A program made the position numbers and the translations under genes. Of a stretch of DNA of 64,000 bases, positions 17,941 to 27,186 are shown one piece after another. The stretch comes from Thermoanaerobaculia bacterium (lineage in GTDB: Bacteria > Acidobacteriota > Thermoanaerobaculia > UBA5066): positions 224,001-288,000 of the forward strand of contig CAVRAY010000001.1 of NCBI GenBank assembly GCA_963719225.1, read 5' to 3'. The notes below the pieces were generated by a model. It did no database searches and was not told the origin of the DNA. It worked only from the letters and a program-made list of their open reading frames with translations. Every line of letters starts with the position of its first letter. Position 1 is the stretch's first letter.

Positions 17941-19422
17941 TCATACGCGCATGAGATCGATGGGAGTCGGATCGGCGGGAGGGCGGGGCGGGGCGGCGCG
18001 GAATCCGGCTTCGATCGCGTCGAGCATGCTCCACCGCTCGTCCAGGGCCTTTGCGCCGTTCTGCCCCTCGTCACCCGGCGACGTGTAGGCGGTGACCTCC
18101 GCGTGCAGAAGGTCGCGAACGTGCCGGTAGAAAGACTCCTCGTACGTTCCCTTGAACATCATCGCGAGGTCGTCGCTGTCGCGCCAGTTCGAGCGCGGGC
18201 CGAGCTGTCCCTTGACCGTCTCGTAGAATTTCGTGCCGGGAAGCGGATACGACACCGAGACGCCGATGTCGTCCGGCCGCTCCTCGAGGACGAGCGCGCG
18301 CGTCGCGACGAGGTCCTCCCACGTCTCGCCCGGATAGCCGAGCTGGAGGAACCACGCGGGGCGGATTCCGTGGCTGCGGAGGAGGCGCGTCGCCGTGCGC
18401 ACCTGTTGGATACGCGTGCCCTTTTCCATCGCGTCGAGGATGTTCTGCGCGCCCGACTCGACGCCCATCCACACTTCCTCGGCCCCCGCGCGCGCGAGGG
18501 CGGCGACGGCCGAGGGCGTCATGAGGTCCACGCGCGACTGCATCATGAACGGCACGCGGACGCCTTCCTGCGCGAGGGCTTCGGCATACGACTCGATCCA
18601 CCGCGGCGTCAGGCCGAAGATATCGTCCGCGAACCAGAGGTGGTCGGGATGGACGTTCTCGGCGAGCAGGCGCACTTCACGGGCGACGTTCGCGGGGCTG
18701 CGCTGGGCGTAGCGGGTGCCGTAGAGCGGCTTCGCGCACCAGTTGCAGTGAAAGGGGCACCCGCGCGTCGTCACGACGTTCCACGAAAGGCGGCCATGGG
18801 CGTTTTTCCAGGCCGTGCGGTACGCGTCGGCGTCCGCGAGGTCCCAGGCGGGAAAGGGAAGCGCGTCGAGGTTCTCGACGAAGGGCCGGATTCGGGTTCT
18901 CTTCGGCGCGGTGTCGGCCGAGCTCCCGGGGAGCGCGAGTCCGGGGATGCCCTCGAGCACCGCCCTGGGATCGGCCGTCCACGCCTCCGCGAGCTCGGCG
19001 AACGTGACCTCCGGCTCGCCGAGGATCACGGCATCCGCTCCGGCGGCGAGGTAGGACGTCGCATGGTCCGTCGCGTCCGACCCGTTCACGGCGACCAGGC
19101 GCGAGCGCGCGTGGGCCGCGGCCACCATCGCCAGGGCCGCCTCGCGGTTTCGCGTCGTGCACATTTTCGTCAGGAAGTTGAAGTTGTCCTCGAGGATCCC
19201 GACGATCGAGGCGTCCGAAGTATCGAGGGCGCGCACGAACTCGGCCTCGCTTCCAGCGAGCATCGCGTCGAAGAGCTCGACGTCGAATCCGCGCTCGCGC
19301 AGAACCGAAGCGACGAGGAGAGTCGCGAGGGGCGGATACGGTTTCATCTTCCGCCACTGCTTCGCGTCGTTTGCGAGGTAGTAGGAGTGCGCGAGGAGAA
19401 CCTTCGGCCGGGCTCCGCACAT
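17941..19422 (-). CDS. B12-binding domain radical SAM protein
   Basis: HSYYL..D.KQW..MKPYPPLATL, ILGEPE, TTRGCPFHCNWC (CxxxCxxC), FADDIF, GVESG, YPLPGT. Confidence 0.92.
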   Translation of the reverse strand: MCGARPKVLLAHSYYLANDAKQWRKMKPYPPLATLLVASVLRERGFDVELFDAMLAGSEAEFVRALDTSDASIVGILEDNFNFLTKMCTTRNREAALAMVAAAHARSRLVAVNGSDATDHATSYLAAGADAVILGEPEVTFAELAEAWTADPRAVLEGIPGLALPGSSADTAPKRTRIRPFVENLDALPFPAWDLADADAYRTAWKNAHGRLSWNVVTTRGCPFHCNWCAKPLYGTRYAQRSPANVAREVRLLAENVHPDHLWFADDIFGLTPRWIESYAEALAQEGVRVPFMMQSRVDLMTPSAVAALARAGAEEVWMGVESGAQNILDAMEKGTRIQQVRTATRLLRSHGIRPAWFLQLGYPGETWEDLVATRALVLEERPDDIGVSVSYPLPGTKFYETVKGQLGPRSNWRDSDDLAMMFKGTYEESFYRHVRDLLHAEVTAYTSPGDEGQNGAKALDERWSMLDAIEAGFRAAPPRPPADPTPIDLMRV

Positions 19423-19480
19423 CGCCCGCGAGCCTAATTCAGTCGTTTTGAAAAAAGTGTGACGTGGATTGCCAATTCGG

Positions 19481-20503
19481 TTACGTGACGAGACTTTTCA
19501 ACAAAGCGACGGCGCCCTCGAGGTCGGAGGCGCCGTCCAGCCGCATCCCGCCCGCGCCGGCCCAGGCGCGCGCGACGGCGCCGGATCCACCGTCGACGCT
19601 TTCCTGGGGAATCTCGCCTTTCGTGAACTCCTCGACGAACTCCGGACCCGCGAGCTGGACGAGACGCGCTGGTCCGGGAACGCGCGGTCCGAGGAGCAGC
19701 GTCGAAACGCGTCGGGCCGCGCGCGCTTCGGGACGCGAGGCCGCGAAGAGATCGATGCGGCGCTTCACCTCGCCGCCCGAGAACCCGGCCTCGGTGCCCG
19801 ACTGGAGGCCCAGAAGAGCCGCGCTGTCCTCGCGCAGCGTCAGCTCGCGGACCGAGGAGGCGAGCTCGTCCGGATCGGCGCGCGAGACGAGCACGCTCTC
19901 GTCTCCGAGCACGCCGAGCCCGGCGGCGTGCGCGGCGGCCACGAGCGTGGACTTTCCGGCGTCCGAGGCCCCGCGCACCACGACGGCGCCCTTCGGACCC
20001 GTGACGGCGCCCGCGTGCAGCGCGCGCCAGCCGCGGCGCGCGAGCAGGATCGCGGCGGGGGCCTCGAGGAGCGTGCGGGCGAGGAAAGAACGAAGAGAAG
20101 AAGAGGAAGATTTCTTAGAAAGGGGAAGATAAGAAAGAAGAGAAGCCGCGATGCGCGCGTCGACGCGCGCTCGCTCGAGATTGATCGTGACTTCCAGGGC
20201 GCCGGGGACCGCGCAGCGAAATTCCGACGCCTCGTGCACCCACTGCAGTCTTTCTTCGAGTGAAAGAATGGGGTCGGCGTCGCGGCGCGGCGAGCTGGGA
20301 GCCGCCACACCGCCCTTTTTCGCGCCTTCCAAGAAATCTTCGTCTTCGTCCCGCGTAACCTCGATCGCGATCGCCGCGCGCGCATGGCCCGTGGGCGCCG
20401 GCGCCCAGAGCTTCTCCGCCAGCTCGAAGAGGAGCGGCTCTTTCGACGTGAGCGCCACGACATCTCCGGGCGGCCCAAAGAGCCGTGTCGTTCCGTCCGC
20501 CAT
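19481..20503 (-). CDS. HPr kinase-related P-loop kinase
   Basis: LHAGAV....GAVVVRGASDAGKSTL followed by VLGDE, the HprK-like signature; start uncertain. Confidence 0.8.
   Translation of the reverse strand: MADGTTRLFGPPGDVVALTSKEPLLFELAEKLWAPAPTGHARAAIAIEVTRDEDEDFLEGAKKGGVAAPSSPRRDADPILSLEERLQWVHEASEFRCAVPGALEVTINLERARVDARIAASLLSYLPLSKKSSSSSLRSFLARTLLEAPAAILLARRGWRALHAGAVTGPKGAVVVRGASDAGKSTLVAAAHAAGLGVLGDESVLVSRADPDELASSVRELTLREDSAALLGLQSGTEAGFSGGEVKRRIDLFAASRPEARAARRVSTLLLGPRVPGPARLVQLAGPEFVEEFTKGEIPQESVDGGSGAVARAWAGAGGMRLDGASDLEGAVALLKSLVT
20106..20126. repeat. Dispersed AT-rich motif GAAGATTTCTTAGAAAGGGGA
   Basis: Identical 21-mer at 25053-25073; core also at 51182, 58042 and inverted at 25099, 58116. 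Confidence 0.75.
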
Positions 20504-20730
20504 GTGCCGCAGCTTGCCACGGAGAGCCCGACGACTCCGGAAGTCCGGCTCAGGGCGGCCATGGGCCGTTCTGCCGGGAAGGCGTAACCTTTCACGATTC
20601 CGTGCGTCATACCGGGATGCTCTCGGCCCCCGGCTGCGTGCGGGCCTTTTCGAGCGCCGTCCTGGCCCTGGAGTTGCTCGGGAGAGAAGGAACCGTGTGT
20701 CCTCGGTCAATTCGGCGTGGAGGTTCTCCG

Positions 20731-23700
20731 ATGAGTCAGCTTCGAGATCGTCGTTCCGGCGCTCGCGGGTGGAACCGCGGCCTCTCCCTGGTGCCGCTTC
20801 TCGTGCTCGCTCTCCTGGCCGGCGGTGCACGTGCCGGGGAGATCCGCGGGCGGCTTCTCGTCAACGATCGCGCGGACAGGCCCGCGGGCGGCCTCACGGT
20901 CAGCGCCGTTCCCTGGGAGACGCCGGGCGAAGAAGCGCGCCGCGCCATGAAAGGAGGCGACCCCCCGAAGCCGATCGCGTCGACCGTCACCGGAGCCGAC
21001 GGCTCCTTCGTCCTGGCCGTTCCCAGCGATCCCGCGGCTGAAAAGACGTTTCGCGTGAGAGTCGAGGGCCCGGGCGTCGTGCCCGTTCTCTTCGAGGACG
21101 TCTACGACGCGTCCGAGACCGGAGATCTCGGCGAGCACACGCTGCCGCACGGCGAGAAGCTCACGGGCATCGCGGTGGACACGTCCGGGAACCCGCTCGC
21201 GGGAGCGGAAGTCTCCCTCGAGGCGGGGGTTGCGGGCGGCGACGACCTCGCCTTCCGGGTCGTGACGCGGAAGGTCGTGACGAAAGAGGACGGGAGGTTC
21301 CAGTTCGAAGAAGCGAGCGCGCTGGGCAACCAGATCACGATCGAGAAGGCGGGCCTCGCGCCCGCGCTCCAGACCGGCCTCAAATCAGGCGCGATTCCGA
21401 GGCCCATCGCGGTCGTCGCGGGCGACCCGGTCACCGGCGTCGTCCTCGGCGCCGGCCGGAAACCCGTGGGAGGCGCCCTCGTGCGGCTGGAGAGCGTCAA
21501 GGCGATGACGCGCTGGGTCGAGACGGATCCCGAGGGACGCTTCACGATCCCGCACGCGCCCGACGGCCGCGGCGCGATCGTCGTGGACGCCGGCGACGGC
21601 GGCTGGGGACGCAAGCCCGACGTCAAGCTCCCTCTCGGCGAGGGCCGATCGCTCGTAATCACCCTCGCTCTGCCGGCCTCGCTCGACGGCAAGGTCGTCG
21701 ACGACAAGTCGGGGCGCATCGTGCCGCGCGCGAAGGTCCTGGCGAAGGCGAACGGCTTCGCGCGCCTCGTGCGCACGGGCCCGGACGGGACGTACCACCT
21801 GAAGGGCATCCCGCCGCAGACCTATCGCCTCACCGTCGACGAGCCACGATACGTGCCGTGGGCGAGGCCGGATCTCGCGCTCGCGCCCGGCGAGGCGAAG
21901 CGCCTCGACATCGCCGTGACGCTCGGAGCCTCGCTCGCCGGGAGGGTCGTGGACGAGAACGGCGCCCCCGTGGCGAGCGCGCGCGGAACCCTCATGCGCG
22001 GAGGCGAGAACGCCCTCCAGGGCATCCGCCGGATGATGCGCGCCGGAGGAGAGGTCACCGCCTTCCGCACGCGCTCCGACGGGACGTTCCGGGCCGCGCG
22101 CCTCGCCCCCGGCGACAACCAGCGCCTCTTCGTGAGCCATGCGGACTTCGAGCGCGCGACGCTCGCCGGACTGTCCCTGCCCTCCGGCGGCACGAAGGGC
22201 GACGTGGCCGTCGTGATGCGCCGGGGCGCCACGATCTCGGGCATCGTGAAGGACACGAGCGACCAGCCGGTCGCGGACGTCGAGGTGCAGGTCGATCCAT
22301 CCGTGAGCTTTCGCGCTGGAGCGGGCGGCATGGTCGCGAACTTCGCGCGCCTCGGCGGCCCGAGCACGCGCCCCAGGACGAAGACAACCGCCGACGGCAG
22401 GTTCCGGATCAAGGGCATGGCCGTGGGCGAGTACGCGCTCCAGATCAGCAAGCCGGGGTTCGCGAGCGAGCGCGTCGACCCCGTGAAGGTGACGGAGAAA
22501 GGCGCCGATCCCGTCGCGGTGACCCTCGGGCCGGGAGCGAGCATTTCGGGGATCGTGCGCCGGAAGAGCGGGGAAGGGGCCGAGGGCTTCTTCGTGCGCG
22601 TCGGCGCCGGCGGCCGCGGGGCGGCCGGTGGAGGCGGTCCGCTCGCCGGAACCGGCACGCCGCTCCCGACCGGCGCGGACGGAACGTTCGTCCTCGACGG
22701 CCTGAAACCGGGTCACGTTTACGACCTCTCCGTCTTCGGCGGGGCAGGCATCGGTCCGCAGAAGCGCGGCGTCGTGGCGCCGGCCTCGAACGTCGACATC
22801 CTGGTTTCCGGCACCGGGCGGATTTCAGGCACCGCGCTCGACGCGCGCTCAGGCCAGCCCCTCAAGAGCTTCTCGGTTTCCTTCGAGCCCGACCGCGGCG
22901 GCGGCACGGTCATCCGTCTCGTTGCCCGCGGCGCGGGTGCCCGTACCGGCATCGGCCAGAAGCGCAATTTCAACACCGACGATGGCGCGTTCACGCTCGA
23001 GGACGTGCCCGCTGGAACCTGGACGGTCGTCGTCGAGGCGAAGGGCTATCTCGAGGCGCGCGTCGCGAACCTCGTGGTCGAGGAGAGTGGCTCCAAGGAC
23101 GGCGTCGAGATTCGCGCGACCCCCGGAGTCGTCCTCAAGGGACGGGTCTCGGACGCGCGCACCGGCCGGCCCGTCGCGAACGCGAGCATCACGCACGAGC
23201 CGGCCGGGGGCGGCGGGCCGGGCGGCTTCGGAGGCCGTATGACCGTGCTCGCGGGGCTCGACGGCGGCGACGACATCACGAGCGACGCGGAAGGCAACTT
23301 CGAGATCGAGGGAATCTCCGTCGGGCGCCTCAAGGTCACCGCGAAGAGCCCGGACTACACGGACGGCAGCGAGGTGGCGGACGTCAAGGAGACCGGCGGC
23401 ACCGTCGAGATCAAGCTCACGACGGGCGGATCGGCGGGCGGCGTCGTCGTGGCCGGCAGCCAGCCGCTCGCGAACGCCCAGGTCTCCCTCGCGGTCGCGG
23501 GCGACGCGGGCTTCGGCCGCATCCTCGGGGGCGGGCAGACCACCACGACGGACGCGACGGGCCGCTTCCGGTTCGACCACCTCGGGGCCGGCCGCTACAG
23601 CGTCTCGGCGGGGACGAGCGGAAAGTCGAGCAACCTCTCGGAGTTCGTCCTGCAGGCGGGCGACTCGAAGAACGACCTCGTGCTGTCGCTCACCTCGGGC

Positions 23701-25014
23701 TCGACGATCCAGGGCACGGTGTCGGGACTTCCGGACGGATGGAGAACCGGCGCGACGGTGATGGCCAGCGGCGTCGAGTCGTTTTTCGAGACGACGAAGG
23801 TCGCCGCCGACGGCACCTTCCAGATCACGGGCGTGCCCGCGGGACCGGTCACGCTCCGCGCGCAGGCGGGCGACGGCCTCGGCACGTCGAGGAGCGCCAC
23901 GAAGCAGGTGACGGCGAGCGACGACGTGCCCGTTCTCCAGGCGGAGATCGTGTTCGACGTCGGCTTCACGCTGACGGGGCGCGTCATGCGAGCGGGGCAG
24001 CCCGCCGCGAACGCGATGGTCGTCGCGAACCTCCAGGGCGGCGGCGGCCGTCAGGCGACGACGCGCGCCGACGAGGGCGGCACCTACACGCTGCAGGGCC
24101 TGCAGGAGGGCTCGTACGTCGTCACGGCGATGGCGGATCCGCTCTCGGGCGGCGGCTCGCAGGTGAGGCAGACGATCTCGCTCACGAACGACCAGAACCT
24201 CGACCTGACGTTCCCGACGGCGAAGGTGGCGGGCACCGTGACGGACGCCGACACGAAGCAGCCGCTCGCCGACGCCACGGTCTCGATCGCCTCGACCTCG
24301 GCCGCGGGCAGCGTCCCGATGCAGAGGATGGCCACGACGGACAGCAACGGGCGCTTTCAGTTCATGGACGTCGTGCCGCAGGCCTACACGCTCAACGCGC
24401 AGAAGACCGACTACGAGTTCGACAAGCGCAGCCTCACGGCCGCCGACGACGGCAGCACCGAGAATCTCGCGATCGAGCTCGTGCACGGGCAGGGCATCGG
24501 CATCCAGGCGCGGGATGCGCTCTACGGCGTCCCGATGCGCAGCGTCTCGGTGCGCGTCCTCGACGGGAACAGGTCGGCCGTCTTCATGGGTACGATCTCT
24601 CTCGACACGAGCGGCGTCGGCGAGGTCCCGTCGCTCAAGCCGGGGACCTATTCGCTCTTCGTGAACGCGAGCGGTTACGCGACGGTCGTCCTCGCGAGCG
24701 TCTCGGCGCCGTCGCAGCAGCCCGTGCCGGTTTCCCTGACGCCCGGCGGCTCCGCCGACATCTCGGTCGGACCGAAGTCGTTCGTGAACGGCATCCTGCG
24801 CGGCACGCTCAAGACGGCGGCGGGCATCCCGTACCCCTACACGCTGTTCGCGGCGGACGGACGAATCGCGATCACCGCCGACGCGAGCGGCCACACGGGC
24901 TTTCGGCGCCTCACGAACCTGGCTCCGGGCAGCTACGTCCTCGCGCTCGACAACGGCGGCGGCACGACCTTCAACGTCGCCGAAGGCAGCATCACGCCGG
25001 TGCCGCTGCCATAA
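20731..25014 (+). CDS. Large secreted protein of carboxypeptidase-regulatory-like (transthyretin-like beta-sandwich) repeats
   Basis: RBS GGAGG; signal peptide ..ALLAGGARA; >10 repeats of type I.G.V.D..G.PV..A.V...T..DG.F...G...G.Y.L. Confidence 0.85.
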   Translation: MSQLRDRRSGARGWNRGLSLVPLLVLALLAGGARAGEIRGRLLVNDRADRPAGGLTVSAVPWETPGEEARRAMKGGDPPKPIASTVTGADGSFVLAVPSDPAAEKTFRVRVEGPGVVPVLFEDVYDASETGDLGEHTLPHGEKLTGIAVDTSGNPLAGAEVSLEAGVAGGDDLAFRVVTRKVVTKEDGRFQFEEASALGNQITIEKAGLAPALQTGLKSGAIPRPIAVVAGDPVTGVVLGAGRKPVGGALVRLESVKAMTRWVETDPEGRFTIPHAPDGRGAIVVDAGDGGWGRKPDVKLPLGEGRSLVITLALPASLDGKVVDDKSGRIVPRAKVLAKANGFARLVRTGPDGTYHLKGIPPQTYRLTVDEPRYVPWARPDLALAPGEAKRLDIAVTLGASLAGRVVDENGAPVASARGTLMRGGENALQGIRRMMRAGGEVTAFRTRSDGTFRAARLAPGDNQRLFVSHADFERATLAGLSLPSGGTKGDVAVVMRRGATISGIVKDTSDQPVADVEVQVDPSVSFRAGAGGMVANFARLGGPSTRPRTKTTADGRFRIKGMAVGEYALQISKPGFASERVDPVKVTEKGADPVAVTLGPGASISGIVRRKSGEGAEGFFVRVGAGGRGAAGGGGPLAGTGTPLPTGADGTFVLDGLKPGHVYDLSVFGGAGIGPQKRGVVAPASNVDILVSGTGRISGTALDARSGQPLKSFSVSFEPDRGGGTVIRLVARGAGARTGIGQKRNFNTDDGAFTLEDVPAGTWTVVVEAKGYLEARVANLVVEESGSKDGVEIRATPGVVLKGRVSDARTGRPVANASITHEPAGGGGPGGFGGRMTVLAGLDGGDDITSDAEGNFEIEGISVGRLKVTAKSPDYTDGSEVADVKETGGTVEIKLTTGGSAGGVVVAGSQPLANAQVSLAVAGDAGFGRILGGGQTTTTDATGRFRFDHLGAGRYSVSAGTSGKSSNLSEFVLQAGDSKNDLVLSLTSGSTIQGTVSGLPDGWRTGATVMASGVESFFETTKVAADGTFQITGVPAGPVTLRAQAGDGLGTSRSATKQVTASDDVPVLQAEIVFDVGFTLTGRVMRAGQPAANAMVVANLQGGGGRQATTRADEGGTYTLQGLQEGSYVVTAMADPLSGGGSQVRQTISLTNDQNLDLTFPTAKVAGTVTDADTKQPLADATVSIASTSAAGSVPMQRMATTDSNGRFQFMDVVPQAYTLNAQKTDYEFDKRSLTAADDGSTENLAIELVHGQGIGIQARDALYGVPMRSVSVRVLDGNRSAVFMGTISLDTSGVGEVPSLKPGTYSLFVNASGYATVVLASVSAPSQQPVPVSLTPGGSADISVGPKSFVNGILRGTLKTAAGIPYPYTLFAADGRIAITADASGHTGFRRLTNLAPGSYVLALDNGGGTTFNVAEGSITPVPLP

Positions 25015-25052
25015 GGAGACGAGAGAAAGAAAGATTCTTGGAAAGAGAATTA

Positions 25053-25108
25053 GAAGATTTCTTAGAAAGGGGATTTGGCCGATTCTTCCTTATTACCCTT
25101 CTAAGAAA
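25053..25108. repeat. Intergenic inverted pair of the TTTCTTAGAA motif
   Basis: TTTCTTAGAA 25058-25067 and TTCTAAGAAA 25099-25108. Confidence 0.75.
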
Positions 25109-25152
25109 GCGCCGAGACCCGCTGCTTCGAAGTCAGCTATTAAGATCAGCGC

Positions 25153-27150
25153 ATGATGAAGCACGGGAGCAAGACTCTTTTCCTTTCTCTTTTTCTTCTT
25201 GGAATTGCCGCGTTGGCGGCGCGCGCCGAGACGCCCGAGCAGGCGCGAGGGAAGAAGCAGGCCGCCGCGCTGTGGCGCGCGGCCGACGGGGACGCGGCGG
25301 CCTTCGAGGCGTTCGCGAAGGCGAACACCGCGCCCGATGCCGCGACGCGCGACGCCATGTTCATGCGTCTTTCGGCCGCGCTCGTCTCGCTAGAGGGGCA
25401 CATGGACGAGGCGACCCGCGATCTGAGAATGCACGTGGACCTCGACCGGGGACCGATACAGCCGTTCGACGAGGCGCTCGCGGCGTATTACCCCGGCGCT
25501 CACCTCACCGACGACCTTTTCGAGAACAAGCTCGCCTTCACGACTCTCCTCAACTTCCCCGTGTACACGCTCGACGAGAAGCTCCGCCTCGGCCCGAAGT
25601 GGACGCGCCGCCAGTGGGCGGAGGCGCGTCTCGCCGACCGGTTCGCGCGCCGTGTTCCGGCCAGCGTGAACCTCGCGATCGCGAAGGCTTATTCGGACTC
25701 GCAGCAGTACATCGCCTCGTACAACATCTGGATGCACCATCTCGTGGACGACAAGGGCGCCCGCCTCTTCCCCGCGAAGATGCGGCTTCTCTCGCACTGG
25801 AACCTGCGCGACGAGCTCAAGTCCGATTACGCCGACCGCGAGCAGGGGCCCGCGAAGCAGCGCGCGATCCGCAAGGTCATGGAGCGCATCGTCGATCAGA
25901 CGATCCCCTTGGCCGTCCTCGACAACCCAGGGGTGGACTGGAATCCGTTCACCAACGAGGTCAGGAAAGCGGCCGTCAAGGACTCGGACCTGCCGGAGAA
26001 GCCGGCCCCTTCCGGTCCCGAGCCCGACTCGCGTTACGCGGTCCTCCTCGCCGATTTTCGCGCCGTGAGGCAGGCCGATCCCTACTCGCCGACGGCGCCC
26101 ACGTTCATCGCGCGGAAGTTCGAGGAAGGCCGCCAGATCCCCGAAGCGCGCGTTCGGAAGATGCTCGAGGACGTCCTTTCCTCGCCGCTCGTGCCGAAAG
26201 TCGCGGCGCTCATCGAGAAGCGCCTCGGGCGGAAGCTCTCGCCCGTCGACGTCTGGTATTCCGGCTTCCGGCCGCAGCCGGAAAAATCCGGTGCTGAGCT
26301 CGACGCCGTCGTCCGGGCGAAATACCCGACGCCCGAGGCGTACGCAAAGGACATCCCGAACCTTCTCGCCAAGCTCGGCTTCTCGAAGGAGAAGGCCGAA
26401 TTCGTCGCGTCTCGCATGGAGGTGCATCCGGCGCGCGGTTCCGGCCACGCCTCAGGCGCAGAGCTGAAGGGCTACAAGTCGTACCTGAGGACGCGCGTCG
26501 AGAAGGACGGGATGAACTACAAGGGCTACAACATCGCCGTCCACGAGATGGGTCACAACGTGGAGCAGACGTTCTCTCTCTACGAGATCGACGAGCCCCT
26601 GCTGAAAGGCGTGCCGAACACGGCTTTCACCGAAGCGCTCGCATTCGTCTTCCAGGGGCACGACCTCGAGCTCCTCGGTCTCGCGAAGCCGTCGGAGAAG
26701 GCTCTCGCGGAAAAGACGCTCGACGCGTTCTGGGGCACGTACGAGATCGCCGGCGTCGGCCTCGTCGACATGGGCGTCTGGCATTTCATGTACGAGCACC
26801 CCGACGCGACGCCCGCCCAGCTGAAGGCGGCGACGCTCGCGATCGCGCGCGACGTCTGGAACCGTTTCTTCGCCCCAGTTCTCGGCGAGAAGGACGTCAC
26901 GCTCCTCGCGATCTACTCGCACATGATCGACGCGTTCCTGTATCTGCCCGACTACTCGATCGGTCACATGATCGCGTTCCAGGTGGAGCGGCAGATGGAG
27001 AAGGCGGGAGCGATCGGCCCCGAGTTCGAGCGCATGGCGAAGCTGGGAAACATCGCGCCGGATCTCTGGATGACCCAGGCCGCGGGCGCGCCCGTCGGCC
27101 CCGAGGCGCTTCTCGCCGAGACGGAAAAAGCCCTTTCGACGATCCGTTGA
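25153..27150 (+). CDS. Secreted zinc metallopeptidase-like protein (gluzincin, M2/M3-like)
   Basis: Signal peptide; HEMGH followed by NTAFTEALA (third Glu ligand) and YSH...Y.PDY. Confidence 0.7.
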   Translation: MMKHGSKTLFLSLFLLGIAALAARAETPEQARGKKQAAALWRAADGDAAAFEAFAKANTAPDAATRDAMFMRLSAALVSLEGHMDEATRDLRMHVDLDRGPIQPFDEALAAYYPGAHLTDDLFENKLAFTTLLNFPVYTLDEKLRLGPKWTRRQWAEARLADRFARRVPASVNLAIAKAYSDSQQYIASYNIWMHHLVDDKGARLFPAKMRLLSHWNLRDELKSDYADREQGPAKQRAIRKVMERIVDQTIPLAVLDNPGVDWNPFTNEVRKAAVKDSDLPEKPAPSGPEPDSRYAVLLADFRAVRQADPYSPTAPTFIARKFEEGRQIPEARVRKMLEDVLSSPLVPKVAALIEKRLGRKLSPVDVWYSGFRPQPEKSGAELDAVVRAKYPTPEAYAKDIPNLLAKLGFSKEKAEFVASRMEVHPARGSGHASGAELKGYKSYLRTRVEKDGMNYKGYNIAVHEMGHNVEQTFSLYEIDEPLLKGVPNTAFTEALAFVFQGHDLELLGLAKPSEKALAEKTLDAFWGTYEIAGVGLVDMGVWHFMYEHPDATPAQLKAATLAIARDVWNRFFAPVLGEKDVTLLAIYSHMIDAFLYLPDYSIGHMIAFQVERQMEKAGAIGPEFERMAKLGNIAPDLWMTQAAGAPVGPEALLAETEKALSTIR

Positions 27151-27186
27151 CGCAACTTCAGAGCCTCGGCGCCGTATAGTTCCCCC

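Noticed and set aside
14907-19422. Calling the rSAMs bchE or hpnP
   Set aside because: No photosynthesis or hopanoid genes nearby; the sequence supports only the general B12-rSAM class.
20106-20341. Single transposon bounded by the inverted motif copies in the kinase gene
   Set aside because: The intervening DNA encodes ordinary kinase N-terminal sequence, with no transposase or evident target duplication; treated as two separate motif copies.
20504-20730. Possible lasso-peptide precursor upstream of the HprK-like kinase
   Set aside because: No small ORF with a convincing RBS and Thr(-2)/Gly-core pattern, and no cyclase, B protein or PqqD gene in the window.
21858-26297. 1479-aa Arg/Gly-rich ORF and many similar long overlapping ORFs
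   Set aside because: Alternate-frame artefacts of GC-rich codon bias overlapping well-supported genes.
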